From: Chrysomallon squamiferum
Lineage: Eukaryota > Animalia > Mollusca
Length of the DNA: 64,000 nucleotides
Direction of reading: 5' to 3'
Assembly: GCA_012295275.1 (NCBI GenBank)
Contig: CM022670.1
Coordinates: 30,008,001 to 30,072,000 of the forward strand
In this document: piece by piece, positions 1 through 12,649 of the stretch
How positions within the stretch are numbered: the stretch's first letter is position 1
Layout of the letters: each line of letters opens with the position of its first letter
The notes under the pieces: model-generated
What the model saw: the letters and a program-made list of their open reading frames with translations, nothing else
Told to the model about the DNA's origin: nothing
Databases searched by the model: none
Position numbers and translations under genes: made by a program

Positions 1-810
1 TTATCCTTAAACCTTGGTAATTGCATATTAATAGTTTTATGATCGCATGTAAATTTAATCTTCTTGAACGTAAGGGAAATAACGTTATCTTTATACAAAC
101 AGCAGCTTTCCGCCATTGCTGTTTTGATTTTAGGTTTTTGATTAATTATCTCTGATATCTGGAAACTTCTTCAGTATATCATTATTCATTTTTTACTAAC
201 TTAAAAAATTAAAGGTTTTCAAATTTTTAAACATAACTAGTAAAATCATTTTTTATTTGTGTGCGTAGATGAATGTACATGTGCATATTAAACTTATAAA
301 TGAAACTCCATTTTGTATATATGTACCATACATTGTATGTGTGTGTATGGTTTTTTTGTATCATTGTGTGTGTGTCTCTTTATATATGTGCTTTATTTGA
401 GTTTATTTAAATTTATGTCTGTGTATACAGGCCTGAAAAGAAATGCGTGTATGGTATGGAGGCAGAACTGTGCATGCCCACGTCTTGTTTATGTGACGAA
501 ACCGTCTGAATATTTTATAGTACAATTTAATTAAGCCAGTAAAACAAAATGAATCATATATAGTTTTAGGTAGGTGGAGGAAACGTCTGTTGCGGAATCT
601 GCTGACATTAAATTCAGTTAGTACAGTTGTCTTATGTTCTGAACCTAAACCTTTAAAATTAACACTAATGTCCATGCCTGAATACCTACAGCTATTTTAT
701 TCTGTAAGGACCAACCTGATGGTAATAGCAGATAACATCACACACGAAGTGAAGGGAGTGGCTGTCGCTGACAGAAATCGATAGAACAACTTGACAGACA
801 ACTCTCTTAC

Positions 811-889
811 CTTCATATCACAAACATCGTCCAAGACGTGTCAGTCTTATTCATGTCTCTGTACTTCATGCCACATTTACGTAAATCAT
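811..889 (-). other. Candidate spliced exon (79 nt), probably 5' UTR/uORF; ends ...ATG AAG at the donor
   Basis: Minus-strand acceptor gttgacttcttctgtttacAG (pyrimidine tract, branch-like TTGAC) and donor AAG|GTAAGA. All three frames contain a stop, so it is not an ordinary internal coding exon. Confidence 0.5.
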
Positions 890-1865
890 CTGTAAACAGA
901 AGAAGTCAACAGGCTGCCGCTGCCTTGTACAACACACGTGAGCGAACGCACGATTTTATTTCTGTTCTCGCTCTGCAATGCGAGTGTAACCAACGTAAGG
1001 AAAAAACTCCGCAGTCTGAATTGTAGGCAGCCAAACTGATCGATAGTGACGATTTCTGCTAACAGCTCTCTGCAACCTGCGAGGCCAGCGTGTATGATGG
1101 ACGACAGCGTGATAATTTCTAGAAACTGTTGTTCTAATCAAGCTCATTAAGTGAGAACATTAAGTGAGTGCATGTAATAAATATGAAACCTCTTCGTAAG
1201 GTCATTATCGATTGTATCTGGCATGAATGAAACAAGTGTGAAACAAATGAAATAAAGCTGACAAAAGTCTTAAAGATTTTTAGCATATTCTGAATTATAC
1301 GTAAAGAGATAGACTCGCAAGGAGATGATAATCTGTAGCAAGACTGTTGTGTGACAATTATACGTTGTTGGATAAAACAAAACAAAAAAGAATGAGAAAT
1401 GAAGAGAAAAAGAATTCAACAACCAATATTAAAGAAAAACAAAAACAACAACAAAGACAACAACAATGATAACAATAACATGAACGTGTGGGTTGACCAA
1501 CTGCAGTATAAACTGAGACCAGATTTATTTGACATCTCCCCATTCCCTACAAAAAAGAAGACGAAAATGAAATAAAATAAATATAAATAAATAAGTAATT
1601 AGAAATAAAAGAAACAAAACAAAAATCCCATATTAATGATATAAATGTGTTTAAAAATAATACTGAAATATATGTTGAAATAAAGATTTGATCATTATAT
1701 ATAATTTATAGCCTTGTTAATGAAATTTTGTAAAAGGTATATTAATCTGGAAACTGTGTCCTAATTTTCATAATTAGAACATAGCCTTTCCGGCGCATAA
1801 TCAAACCAAAACCCACATGGACACTTACCTTGTCTGTGCTCTTGACAAAACACCCAGGACATCAT
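813..1865 (-). CDS. Putative spliced 37-aa small ORF/uORF (join 1865-1829, 889-813): MMSWVFCQEHRQDDLRKCGMKYRDMNKTDTSWTMFVI*
   Basis: The phase-1 end of the upstream exon feeds the longest open frame of the downstream exon. No homology recognised. Confidence 0.3.
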
Positions 1866-1949
1866 ACCTGAACTCTTGTTGAATACTGGATTGAAAGTAA
1901 ATTAAATCGGCTACACAAATCACCTAGCAATATAGCATTTCATCGCCAC
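1829..1949 (-). other. Candidate spliced exon (121 nt)
   Basis: Minus-strand acceptor gcattttctcttggcaacAG|G and perfect donor AAG|GTAAGT. It is more GC-rich than its flanks. Confidence 0.5.
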
Positions 1950-2354
1950 CTGTTGCCAAGAGAAAATGCAGAATTACCAATATTTGAAAACAATTGTATT
2001 ATTGTTGTTGATGGATCGTAATGATAAGCTTGAGTAGACATCATATTTTTGCACCATTAGGTAAAGTGTCAATACTATAATATCTATAACAGCGTTGTAA
2101 TAAATTCTAGTAGCAATATTATTCTTTTTATTTTTTTATTTTAATAATTTTGTTTTTCCAAAATGATTTATAGAACAAAATACCCATAAATATTGTAAAT
2201 GCTAGTCATTAGTTAATATATCGTTTTTCAAAAGTACACACAACCACCCACACACGCACACACACACACAAACCACTAGGTAGAATTAATCTGAAGATTG
2301 TTTGCAAAAAATAAATGGTAATACTCTAAATATTAGTAGCCGTTTGAATAGAAC

Positions 2355-2850
2355 ATTTTACATAATGAAAACATTTCACCACGGCTCCTTAAATAACAAA
2401 AGATAACATACTGAAAAATGTACATAATAATAAACAGAAAACTGTATATAGTAGTTCTTAAATAAACAACAACATGTTGAAAACAGTACATACAGACATG
2501 TTGAAAACTGAATACGGTAAGCTCGTTAAGTAATAAACGGTTACATACTGAAAACTCTACAAGGAAGGTCTTTAAATAATAAGCAGTAATATACTGAAAT
2601 CTGTGGTAGCTAATTCTTTAAATAATAAATCATAACATACAAAAAAAAAAAGAATATGGTACATGATAACATACTGAAAATTGTACATGGAAGCTCTTTA
2701 AATAACAAACTACAGAAAAAATAAACGATAATATACTGACATCTCTACATTGATTCTAGCTCTTTAAATAATAAATGCTAACATACTAAAAATTGTCCAT
2801 GAAGCATACTGAACACTGTTCACGGTGGGTCTTTAAACAATAAACGCTAA
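2355..2850. repeat. Degenerate minisatellite, ~45-46 bp unit (approx. TAACATACTGAAAACTGTACATGGTAGCTCTTTAAATAATAAACGG)
   Basis: Recurrent acatactgaaaa and ctttaaataataaa motifs, about ten partial or full units. Confidence 0.85.
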
Positions 2851-4779
2851 TATTTTTTGTTGTGAAAATAGTTCAAGCACCTAATAATCCTGTAAATCAC
2901 AGCCAACAGATCGGTTAGCGTCAGTCGATTACCAAGGCTGTACATGAGATTAAAAACTAATTACTTTGCGTCCAGGTCGCGAGTGGAGATACAAAATGCT
3001 TTACAATCACGCGATGTTCAGCATGCGATGTCTGTTTAAATAGCTAGCTGGGTTTATAAGTCTATGCTTAAGACATTTAAGAAATTGCAGTCTTTAATAT
3101 AATGTGAACTGACTTGCTATGTCTGAGGCGAATCTGGTGTTTACTGCGATTTCTTTTCTCTTTGATGTAGCATGAATTATATTCATTTTTTATTAAACCC
3201 TACCTAGCTTAAAATAGACGACAGAATAAACAACCAACATCAATAATAAAAACCATTAAAAAAATAAAATAATATAATCAATCAATAAAAAATAAAACAG
3301 ACATGATGAATGAAAAATAAATAAGCGGTAAAGTTAAAAAAAAAAAAAGAACAACAAAAAACAAGACTAACAAAAAGAAAAAAAAACAACAACAAAGAAA
3401 AAAAAATTAAAATTAAAATAAAATAAAATAAAGTAACAAAACAGAACCATCATAATTTACAAAGAGAACCCAATAAAAACAGCAGTAATATACTAACCAA
3501 GATTAAATAAAAGAAATCGAATTAGACATAAATTCAAAGCATTAACGTTTCTGCTGTTTAAGAAACAATCCTTGTATGATTAATTGTCTTGAAGTTTATG
3601 GGACAATTATTATTATTATTATTATTAGTTAAAATAACGTCAGTGGAAAGGTCGCTTGGGTTTCAAAAGATAGATTCTTCCGTTAGTGAAAATGTACAAG
3701 CCATAAATGATGTCGTCTTTCCTAAGGTCACGTTAATCAATGTCGAACGAATAATAAATTGACCAACAATCGAGTAGCACAGAATGACTTCCACTTTAAA
3801 ACAAACAGCTTTGAAAGAACTGACAAAATTCAATTATGGCTGACTTTCCGATCATTCTGGCATTTGCCAACCAACTTGTTCGTCATTCTGGAGCCAATTA
3901 TCGCGACATCTGGAATGGATTCTCGTCTCACTGTCTGGTCGTTACAGAAGTAATGTCACGTCTAACAGTATGATAACTTCAGCGCTGCTGAACTGTTAAA
4001 TTTCAGTGAAAGGAAAAGTTTCGAAACATACACGATTTAAAAATAATGGTTTCTGTTTTCTGTAAAGACTGCTGTTTGGTACATATGGAGTTTATAAATA
4101 ACGTTTTACATTTTCAGCATGATGAAGTAATGGCAATATAATAATAACGGTTTTCTTTTCAATAAAATGTAATAATTACAATCATATTCGATTTAAAAAT
4201 AGAAACTTTGTTTTCTGTAAACTGAAGAATTTGGAATCAGATACGACTTAAAATTGCAGTTAATTTATATAAAAATATATATATATTTTAAAAATCTCTG
4301 TTATTGTTTTGTCATTCAGTGACGTAGACAATTATTTCTTCATTTTTTTTTCACTTAATCTAATGAGTAAACTTCCATAAACATTAAAATATAATATTAC
4401 CGAAACACGAGAAAATACATAAAAGAGTTTTAATGCAAAAGAAAACATCTGCTTTGGCATGCTACAAAAAATCGTTATACTAAGGAATAATCGACGTTAC
4501 AAACACACACACTTATCATTTGAGTTTTGATTATCCGTTATGATTTTCTTTTTAATTCTGTTCAGGGTCCTTTTCGCCCTGAAATTACCAAGAGATTTTG
4601 CTTCAGACATTTATATATAAAAATATATAAAAAGATGTATATTTAGTTTTAATCAACTAACACACTTTTCGTTTTGAAGTAACATAACCCGTGTTCTTTG
4701 ACAAAGAATTGATCGAGATGTTGTTTGTTTGTACAGGAAGAAGTATTTAGCAGATGTTCTAGCTTGTTTTAATTAAAAA

Positions 4780-4970
4780 CATGAATGAACGAATGGATAC
4801 ACATACATTTTTGTTTAAGGACACATCGACCTATTTTGTGTAAATAGTTGGTAGTTATCAAACATTTTAAAATGTATTTTTCAATTTTTTTTTTATCTTA
4901 GTGAAAACTAGTGTTGTCTCTTCAGTCGATAAGCAAGAAAGGATTTTTATATATGAATATATTTCCAATA
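4780..4970 (-). mobile_element. Degenerate SINE fragment (3' half with simple-repeat tail)
   Basis: tttaaggacacatcgacctatttt...gataagcaagaaaggatttttatatatg resembles the 3' part of the copy at 41215-41400 and mollusc tRNA-SINE bodies recalled from memory. Confidence 0.4.
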
Positions 4971-7900
4971 ATGAACTTTATTATTTTTAAAGAAGACACA
5001 AACTAATAATTAACTAAATAACTAAAAACAAAATCAACAGAAAATAAATAAATAAATAGAGAGAGAGAGAAAAAAATATCATTAGACATGGGAAAGAGCC
5101 CAGTGCAGTGACTTTAGTATTATGCGATATCTGACGTACGAGGTTCTGCGCTCTAATCACTGAGGTAAATATACAAAAATTAAAACAAAACTGGTAATGC
5201 AAGAATAATATCTACGTTGAAAAAGAGTACAATATATTCACTCATATTTCTTTTACCTTTGATCTTAGTCATGAATGCACAAAATATAACAAACACACAC
5301 ACACGCACACACACACACATACACACACCATACACACACTCACACACACACTCACATCTAGACCCCTCCACCACACACAGGCTTGTTTCCTTTGCCGAAA
5401 CGGAAGGATACCTCAAGAAGGGCTGATTTAATAAACATTCACATATCACTAAATACAGACAAATTATCCCCTGATTTATACCTGCCACGTAAGATCATTC
5501 AGAGATAACATACTTTGATCTGCAGTCAAAATAAGGCTTCTGATGGTTGGAACATTTTCATAAGTTAAATTTAGATATATGTATTGGCAATGAAAACTTG
5601 CTGATTATTAAAAGTTAATATTTTACTCTATTTTACGTCAATAAAATATTATATATTTTCTTTAAAAAACAACAGCATTTTATAGGATAATTATTTTCTG
5701 GAGAAATAAATAAATACTACGCTCTGTGTATGTCATGGTATAGCTTATTTATTGCGTAGACTGATGTGATATTGCGGAGATGAGAACGTACTTCAGAAAA
5801 ATTGTAATAACGAGAAGTTATCAGACGAATATCTCTACTGAAGAAATGTCAGGCAGTCATTAGAATGAACTATACGATCCTGGATTATGTCAATCTAATT
5901 TGCTGAATATGTTTTTCTCAGATTAAAATATTAGACTGAAAATCAAACAACAGAAGCATGTATTTCCACTCCAATGGGCTGAGATAGCAAATATGTAGAC
6001 ATTTGTAATTTGTTAGACATTTTCTACGTTTATTTCATGCACAGTATGAGAGAGTAAAACGTTGGTCACGACATACACGAAAAAACAAAACAAAAAAAAA
6101 CTATCCAAAAAAAAAAAAAAATCAGAAAACAACGAACAAAAACATTCATACACACAAAACAAAAAACTTAATAATTCCAAATATCACCCTCCCCAAAGAA
6201 ACTAACAATCAATAAAAACAAATAAAAACAAGTAGTTAATACTAGATCAGTATATACTGTTTTAAAATATTGTTCTTTTGTGACTTAGAGGTATGTAGAA
6301 TTTATTTTATTTTATGTTATGTTAAAAATAGATTGTGTGGAAATCTTTCATCTCTTTATTTGACCTTGAATATTTTGCCGCATTAGAACGACCCAACATA
6401 AGAGATAAATTCTTAAAACACTGGTGTTTCGAAGGGGTCATTGCCTCGTGCAATGACGCTTTCGACATCACATATCAATTATGAAAATTAGTGGCAAAAT
6501 ACACAAAACGTAGAAAAAGTAGACCTGGACGTCCCGGGTTGCAGCTTTGGAGGCCAGGTCCGTAGACCAGGTTAGTTTTTCAATAACCATTTTTAACAAT
6601 GCACACTAAATACCAATGACAGTAAGAACACAAACATACATGAATATATTTTATTATAAAACAAGCACAAATACCTTATTGTACATAAAATAATTTTTAA
6701 TATTCAAAGAGAACCTGGTCAGTTGTAAATAGATAGGTTATTCATGAATAAATGAGGCAACTGGCGAATTGTCCGGTAGGGCCTGAAATGTGTAAAAATA
6801 ATAATAATAATAATAAAAAAATTATTTGTCCTTGAACATAACAAGAACAGACATTTGTTATTTTTTCAGATAATCTTCTCTCGAAGTGTATATCTTTTTA
6901 TTTTATTTTTATTTATTTATTATTATTATTATTTTAAATTTTATTTTCGTGTGGCTAGAATAATGAGTGTATTTCGAATTTTCTAGCTCTGTTTCTTAAA
7001 TATATGTTCACGTTCTTTCTCGATAAATTTATAACCATTTGCTCAATGTATTAATACACGTACAAACCAATCAAGACAGATAACTATGGATTAAAAATAA
7101 AGTCAATATCAGTTCTTTCCCTTGAATAGTAGAAACTAACAAAAACAGCAAGGACAGCAGTAGCAACAACAATTACAGTAATAATAATAATAATCACAAT
7201 GATGATGAATATAATGATGACGATGATGATATACAGAAGAATATGAACAACAAAACAAATTAAATTTTTACTACTGTTCACATTCAGAAATACTCTTTCT
7301 TCAGCGTCGAAAATAGAAATATATTAACATTCATGCATTGTGTACTATCACTTCATGTTCTAAGTTAAACATACACTCACAGGCTGCTACAAAACTAACT
7401 ACAGACGAGTAAATCTGAGCTTAAACGTCTTTTCGCTATTCTTTCTGTCATACTTGGCAAATAATGATGTTACATCATGGCATTGTTACTGACGTTGTAA
7501 TGTTTGTATGCGTGAGACATCACCATCAGTTTCGATGTGAGGCAACAATTGTTTCCTACAGGTTTCTGAAGATGAGAATGGAACTAATTTTGCTATTGTA
7601 AATAATATTAATTTTTATATGTGCATGTTTATGAACGAAGAAGAAATATCTATGATTTGTTTGTACCATCGAATCAAAACGTTCGATTGAGTTGATGTAC
7701 TTAGGTTTCATGAGAACTTCAATAAACAGTAATTGATGTAAAAATTTAAAAATTAAATCTCCAGCTACACTTATTTATTTTATTTTATTTCATATTTTCT
7801 AAAACTATTGCATTTAATATAAATTTAATATTCGTTTTCCTCATTCATTGAAGTATCGGCGTTAGGTAACTCTCACAGGAGTAAGAAATAAGAGTGTTCT

Positions 7901-8654
7901 CCCTTTTAATGAAACGTTTATAAGAATTATCATGATTCATTTCAAGTTTAAAAAGTTAGCAGATTGTTCAGATATTATAAACATAATAAATGCGTTCTGC
8001 AGTATTAGAAACGTATCAGACGGAAGAACATACTAGCGAATGTTGAGAATATGATAAAATCTACATATGAATTAATTAACTAACTAACTTAATAAATAAA
8101 TTAATAAAATAAAATAAATAAAGCAAATGAGAGCACCACGCTTATTAAAGTGTAAACTATAAAAATCATCAAATTACTGCACATTTGTTTATTAATTATA
8201 TTTCTTATTTTTGTAAATTTATACAATTTTATAAAATTTCTCTGAAAACTATCTGGAAATCCGAAACCTTAAGACACTCAGTCACCCTTGTAAACATAGG
8301 CTCACTTTCTACCTGTAGCTCTTTCTCTCGCATTCACACTTATATACACAAACATATATTCTTTAATACAGTTATGTTTAGTCAAGGATAACAAATTTAT
8401 TCAGAACACACACAGACACACACACACACACACAAACTCATTTTTTTCATGTTTACCGATCAGTTTGTCTTGATTAACATGATATTGAAATTTCTGTGAC
8501 ATTACTTTTCAGTCAATAATCATAATCAGTATCAAATTTAAAAAAAAAACCATAAATAAAAGGTTTCTGACCATATTATAACTTTTAAAAATCCTAAAAC
8601 AGGCCAACAATATCTTACTTGTATTTAAATATGCACGCACATATACACACACAT

Positions 8655-8763
<109 letters not shown>

Positions 8764-10472
8764 CTGTCTTCCGGCTGCCAAATTCAGCATAAAGAAAACC
8801 TTCTAAACCATTCCAGATTTATATTTTGTTGCAGATATAGCACATCTTTGTCATTAATGTAAAATGTCATTCGAAAAACAATGCGTTTGTTTCTTATGAC
8901 AGTTTGATGGCTTGTGATTAAAGGCTTTTTAATCTTAATTATAGTCTGATTTGTGAAACATGGAGAAAGAGTTTTAGATTAATTTCTGAATGAAAATGAG
9001 TGTTATATTGCGACTGGAGGTTCAGTGGACCTAAGAAAACAGTTAAGTAAATTTTTTACAATATTCCAAACCTTATAAATTAATAAAAAAATAAAAATAA
9101 GTAAATAAATAAGTTAGTAAATAAATGTTAGTAAGTATTAAATAAATATATAATTTTATATGTTAATGAGTAAATAGTAATGGCTACTACTACTATTATT
9201 ACTGCTATTACTGCTACTACTGCTGCACTGCTACTACTTCTGCACTGCTGCTACTACTATTGCTCTGTTGCAGCTGTAACAGCTAGTATTGATGATCATG
9301 AAGATGAAGATATCCTAATAAAAATAACTCTAGCAGAATTGAAAACTGATTTTATAATAATATTAATATAACAAGCAATTTACACTTGTTTCATTATTTT
9401 TTTTGAAGGAAAAATAATCTCGTTGAGTAATACTGGTTTTAATAACATTTAAAACATATACAAAAATCAAACTTATAAAAAAGTAAACAATGAAACATTC
9501 TCCTTTATAAATCCTCTTAGGTTTTGGTTTCCGTTTTTTCTAAAGAGCGGATCTATGAAGTAATTTTGCAGCTATAACGAATTAGTGTTATCATCGATTT
9601 TTGCCAATTCCAGAAACTAAAATGAAGGAAATTGCAGGGGGCAACATCACTATTTTATTAGTTTTAGCCAATCCGCTTAAATTTGTAATAATAGCAGTGT
9701 TTTTAACATTTTTTCTCTCTGTAATTATTGAAGAGAGGCAATTCTTGACATTACAGAAAAATACTGTTTATGTCAGATTTTATGATTACAATATAACAAT
9801 CTGTAAAATGAAATATGTAACCCATAATATTTGTAGTAATATAATAGTAATAATAACAGTAATTATAACAGTACGAGCAATGCAGTAGAAGTAACAATAG
9901 TTACAACAGAGCTAAAAACACCAGTAGTAGCTGTAAGGGTAGCGGTAGTAGCATTAATAGTATTAACAGCAGCATTATCAATAGTAACAACAACGGTAGC
10001 AGTAGTAGTAGTAGTGGTGGTGGGGTAATAGTAGTAGTAGTGGTGGTGGTGGTAGTAGTAGTAATAGTGGTAGCAGACGGAAAGTAAAATAAAACGGTGT
10101 TTATACCATGTTTTCAATACCGAGGTATGATGTTTTATAACACTGGGTTCAAAGATTAGGAAGTAAACCCATTTTCAACATCAGCAATTAGCATTAAATT
10201 TTGTTGTGAACATCCTGTTCTTTTAGTTCTGTATATAATTTAAATTCCATCCACTTTTCTTCAGAAACTATCGGCTTTCAACAGCTATGTCCGGCCATGT
10301 CGCAGAAGACGTCATTTTGTGTCTGAAAAGCAATTACGGGTCTTAGTGACAACGCCATTACGCCGAAACACAACACGGAAGAAATGCGAAATTTGAGTTG
10401 ATTTCCAACTAAGCAAACTATCGATCGCCATTGCCATGAACCTTGTCAGTTTGAGAGATTCCATTTTCTTAC

Positions 10473-10548
10473 CTGAATGCTTCCGTTAACCTAATTTAAT
10501 GGCTGCTCAGAAGTGGTCTCAGACGCCAGGACAAATACTTAAAAGACT
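10473..10548 (-). other. Candidate non-coding first exon
   Basis: Minus-strand initiator-like TCAGTC (10545-10550) and consensus donor CAG|GTAAGA at 10473/10472, inside a CpG-richer island (10270-10620). Confidence 0.3.
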
Positions 10549-10746
10549 GAGTGACATGGTCGCGTTCTCATTTTGCACGGCTAACAGAATTTAGTCGCTC
10601 CTCGCCGTCGCATAGTCAAACAAAATACTTTTGAGTTAATCCTTTCGGAATTTCATAAGACACATAACCTATTTTGCTTTTTTCTTCCTACTTTTCTCTT
10701 CCTGCTCTTTTTCATTAGCTTTAATAGGTGTCTTTTTAAGAGTTGC

Positions 10747-10805
<59 letters not shown>
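10747..10805. repeat. (AAT)n microsatellite
   Basis: Perfect trinucleotide run. Confidence 0.98.
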
Positions 10806-11035
10806 GCGATAGTAGTAGTTCAATAGTACTAGCAACAGAAGCAGTAGTAGTTGTAGCAGTAGAAGAAGACAAAGTGATTGTAGTAGTTGTAATAACTTCG
10901 ATAATTAATATAACAGAGACGTAAAGAAAAACGCTAAAATGAAGAGAAACAAATTTCAGTTTAATTTTCTTCTTAATCTGGATTTTCAAGTTCTGTCTAA
11001 ACTCGGTATCTCAAAAATTTTTGAGTAAAAAATTA

Positions 11036-11036
<1 letters not shown>

Positions 11037-11082
<46 letters not shown>
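11037..11082. repeat. (CA)n microsatellite
   Basis: Perfect dinucleotide run. Confidence 0.98.
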
Positions 11083-11085
<3 letters not shown>

Positions 11086-11791
11086 CTTACAAATATATGA
11101 GTGGAGGTTTTCACAACTGGTCTGTCAACTGTCATTGAATGATGTGGTCTGTTACCAGTATGAACGTTATTTTGTCATTCATTTTCCCGGCCAGTTCTTT
11201 TCATCAAGTTACACGATGCAGAAATTCTGCTGACAGCTTTGTTTTGTGGGATCGTCATTTCCCAGACATTTTATTAGCACAATTTAGAAGATAATGGACG
11301 TATTTTCGACATTCCAGTCCCTTTAACATCCTCAAAAATTGGGTAAAAAAGGTATTAAATGCTATAGCTTTGTTAAATCAATCCACTCAATCTTTTGGCT
11401 CTGTTCACTCTTCGAAATTTATATGGAACAGCCCAACCGGTAAAGACTCGAGCAGAATAATACCAGTACTTGTGATTGTAGTACTAGTGGTAGCAGAAGT
11501 AATGGAAGTAGTAATATTGGCAGTAGAAGAAGCTAGACGAAGATTCCCAAGAGAGATAAAAAATAAAATAATAATTTAAAAGAACATTGGTAATATATAT
11601 AAAAAAAAGACTAAATGCGTTTTTACCAGTTTTCATACATGAAAGATTTCCCGACTTATTTTCTGTTTATCAAGTCTGATAAGATAATTGTAATCAAAAG
11701 CATGATAACATGTTCTAAAAGATATAATTATCCAAAGAAAGGTTGAGTATTTATAAATGTTACTGTTTAATTTTATCTTCTCTCTCTCTCT

Positions 11792-11835
<44 letters not shown>

Positions 11836-11851
11836 ATACACACTAAAAACT

Positions 11852-12283
11852 GTCTGGAGACAAAAGGAACACAGCCAGAATACGGTTTCCTTTGGGAGAG
11901 AGTCAGTCATGTTAAAGGGATGCATTTCTATGGGTTGCAAGATGAACCCTATCACCATTTGTGGTAACCTTAATGGGCATTGGTATCAACAGGAAATTTT
12001 CGAGAGAGCTGTTGTCCCCCATTTTGATAATCATACTTTTGTCACAATACCCACCCAGTTCTTACAACAGAATGCTGTTTACACAATTCCGTTGCCAGCC
12101 ATGAATCCAGATCTGAATCCAGACGAATATCTGTGGGACGTTTTACGATGTCGTGTTAGACTCTAGATGAACTGACTGCTACTTTGCGGATCTGAATCCT
12201 CAAAAACAAATCCAGAGATTGATCCAAGGAATGAGGAGGCGTCATAAAATACTGTTCATGTGCATAAACGTTATACAAGATAC
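11852..12283 (+). mobile_element. Decayed Tc1/mariner (Tc1-like DD34E) transposase, C-terminal catalytic half
   Basis: Translation VWRQKE...TVSFGRESVMLKGCIS...ITICGNLNGHWYQQEIFERAVVPHF...IPLPAMNPDLNPDEYLWDVLRCRV matches Tc1 motifs (VWR, FGGGSVMVWG, GNLN, WPxxSPDLNPIEHLW). After a frameshift it continues NPQKQIQRLIQGMRRR...YTRY, the typical C-terminus. Stops, frameshifts and deletions are present. Confidence 0.9.
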
Positions 12284-12618
12284 CGATAGAAAGTCATTAT
12301 GTGAATCACATGTAAGCATGATACTGGCAGATAAGTTTGTCCAACACGTGAAATTTGTAATGTTTTTGAATGAAATGAAGTCATTTTCCAAATCTGTATT
12401 ATCTTCAAATAAACTACATTATATAATGGTATTATTGGTTAAGTTTCCCCTCGTCATACGGTTTGGAAATCATTGACACATTTCATGCACCAGTTACTAA
12501 AGTTGCTCAGTCTAAGCAAATACGGGTATTGCTCAATCATTTTCCATATGTGTATATGTGTGTGTGCGCGCGCGCGCGCTTCTCTCTCTTGTCTCCCCCC
12601 TCTCTCTCTCTCTACGTA

Positions 12619-12649
<31 letters not shown>

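Noticed and set aside
403-675. 90-aa minus-strand ORF MDISVNFKGLGSEHK...
   Set aside because: No recognisable domain, a weak acceptor, and the 3' end runs into low-complexity DNA. It cannot be supported as coding.
5217-5426. ORF resembling a signal peptide plus His/Thr-rich tail
   Set aside because: It starts at TTG, not ATG, and the His/Thr tract is simply a (CA)n microsatellite.
9543-9680. Possible hAT-like mini element (AGAGCGGATCTA ... CCAATCCGCTT)
   Set aside because: The inverted match is only about 7 bp and no TSD is visible.
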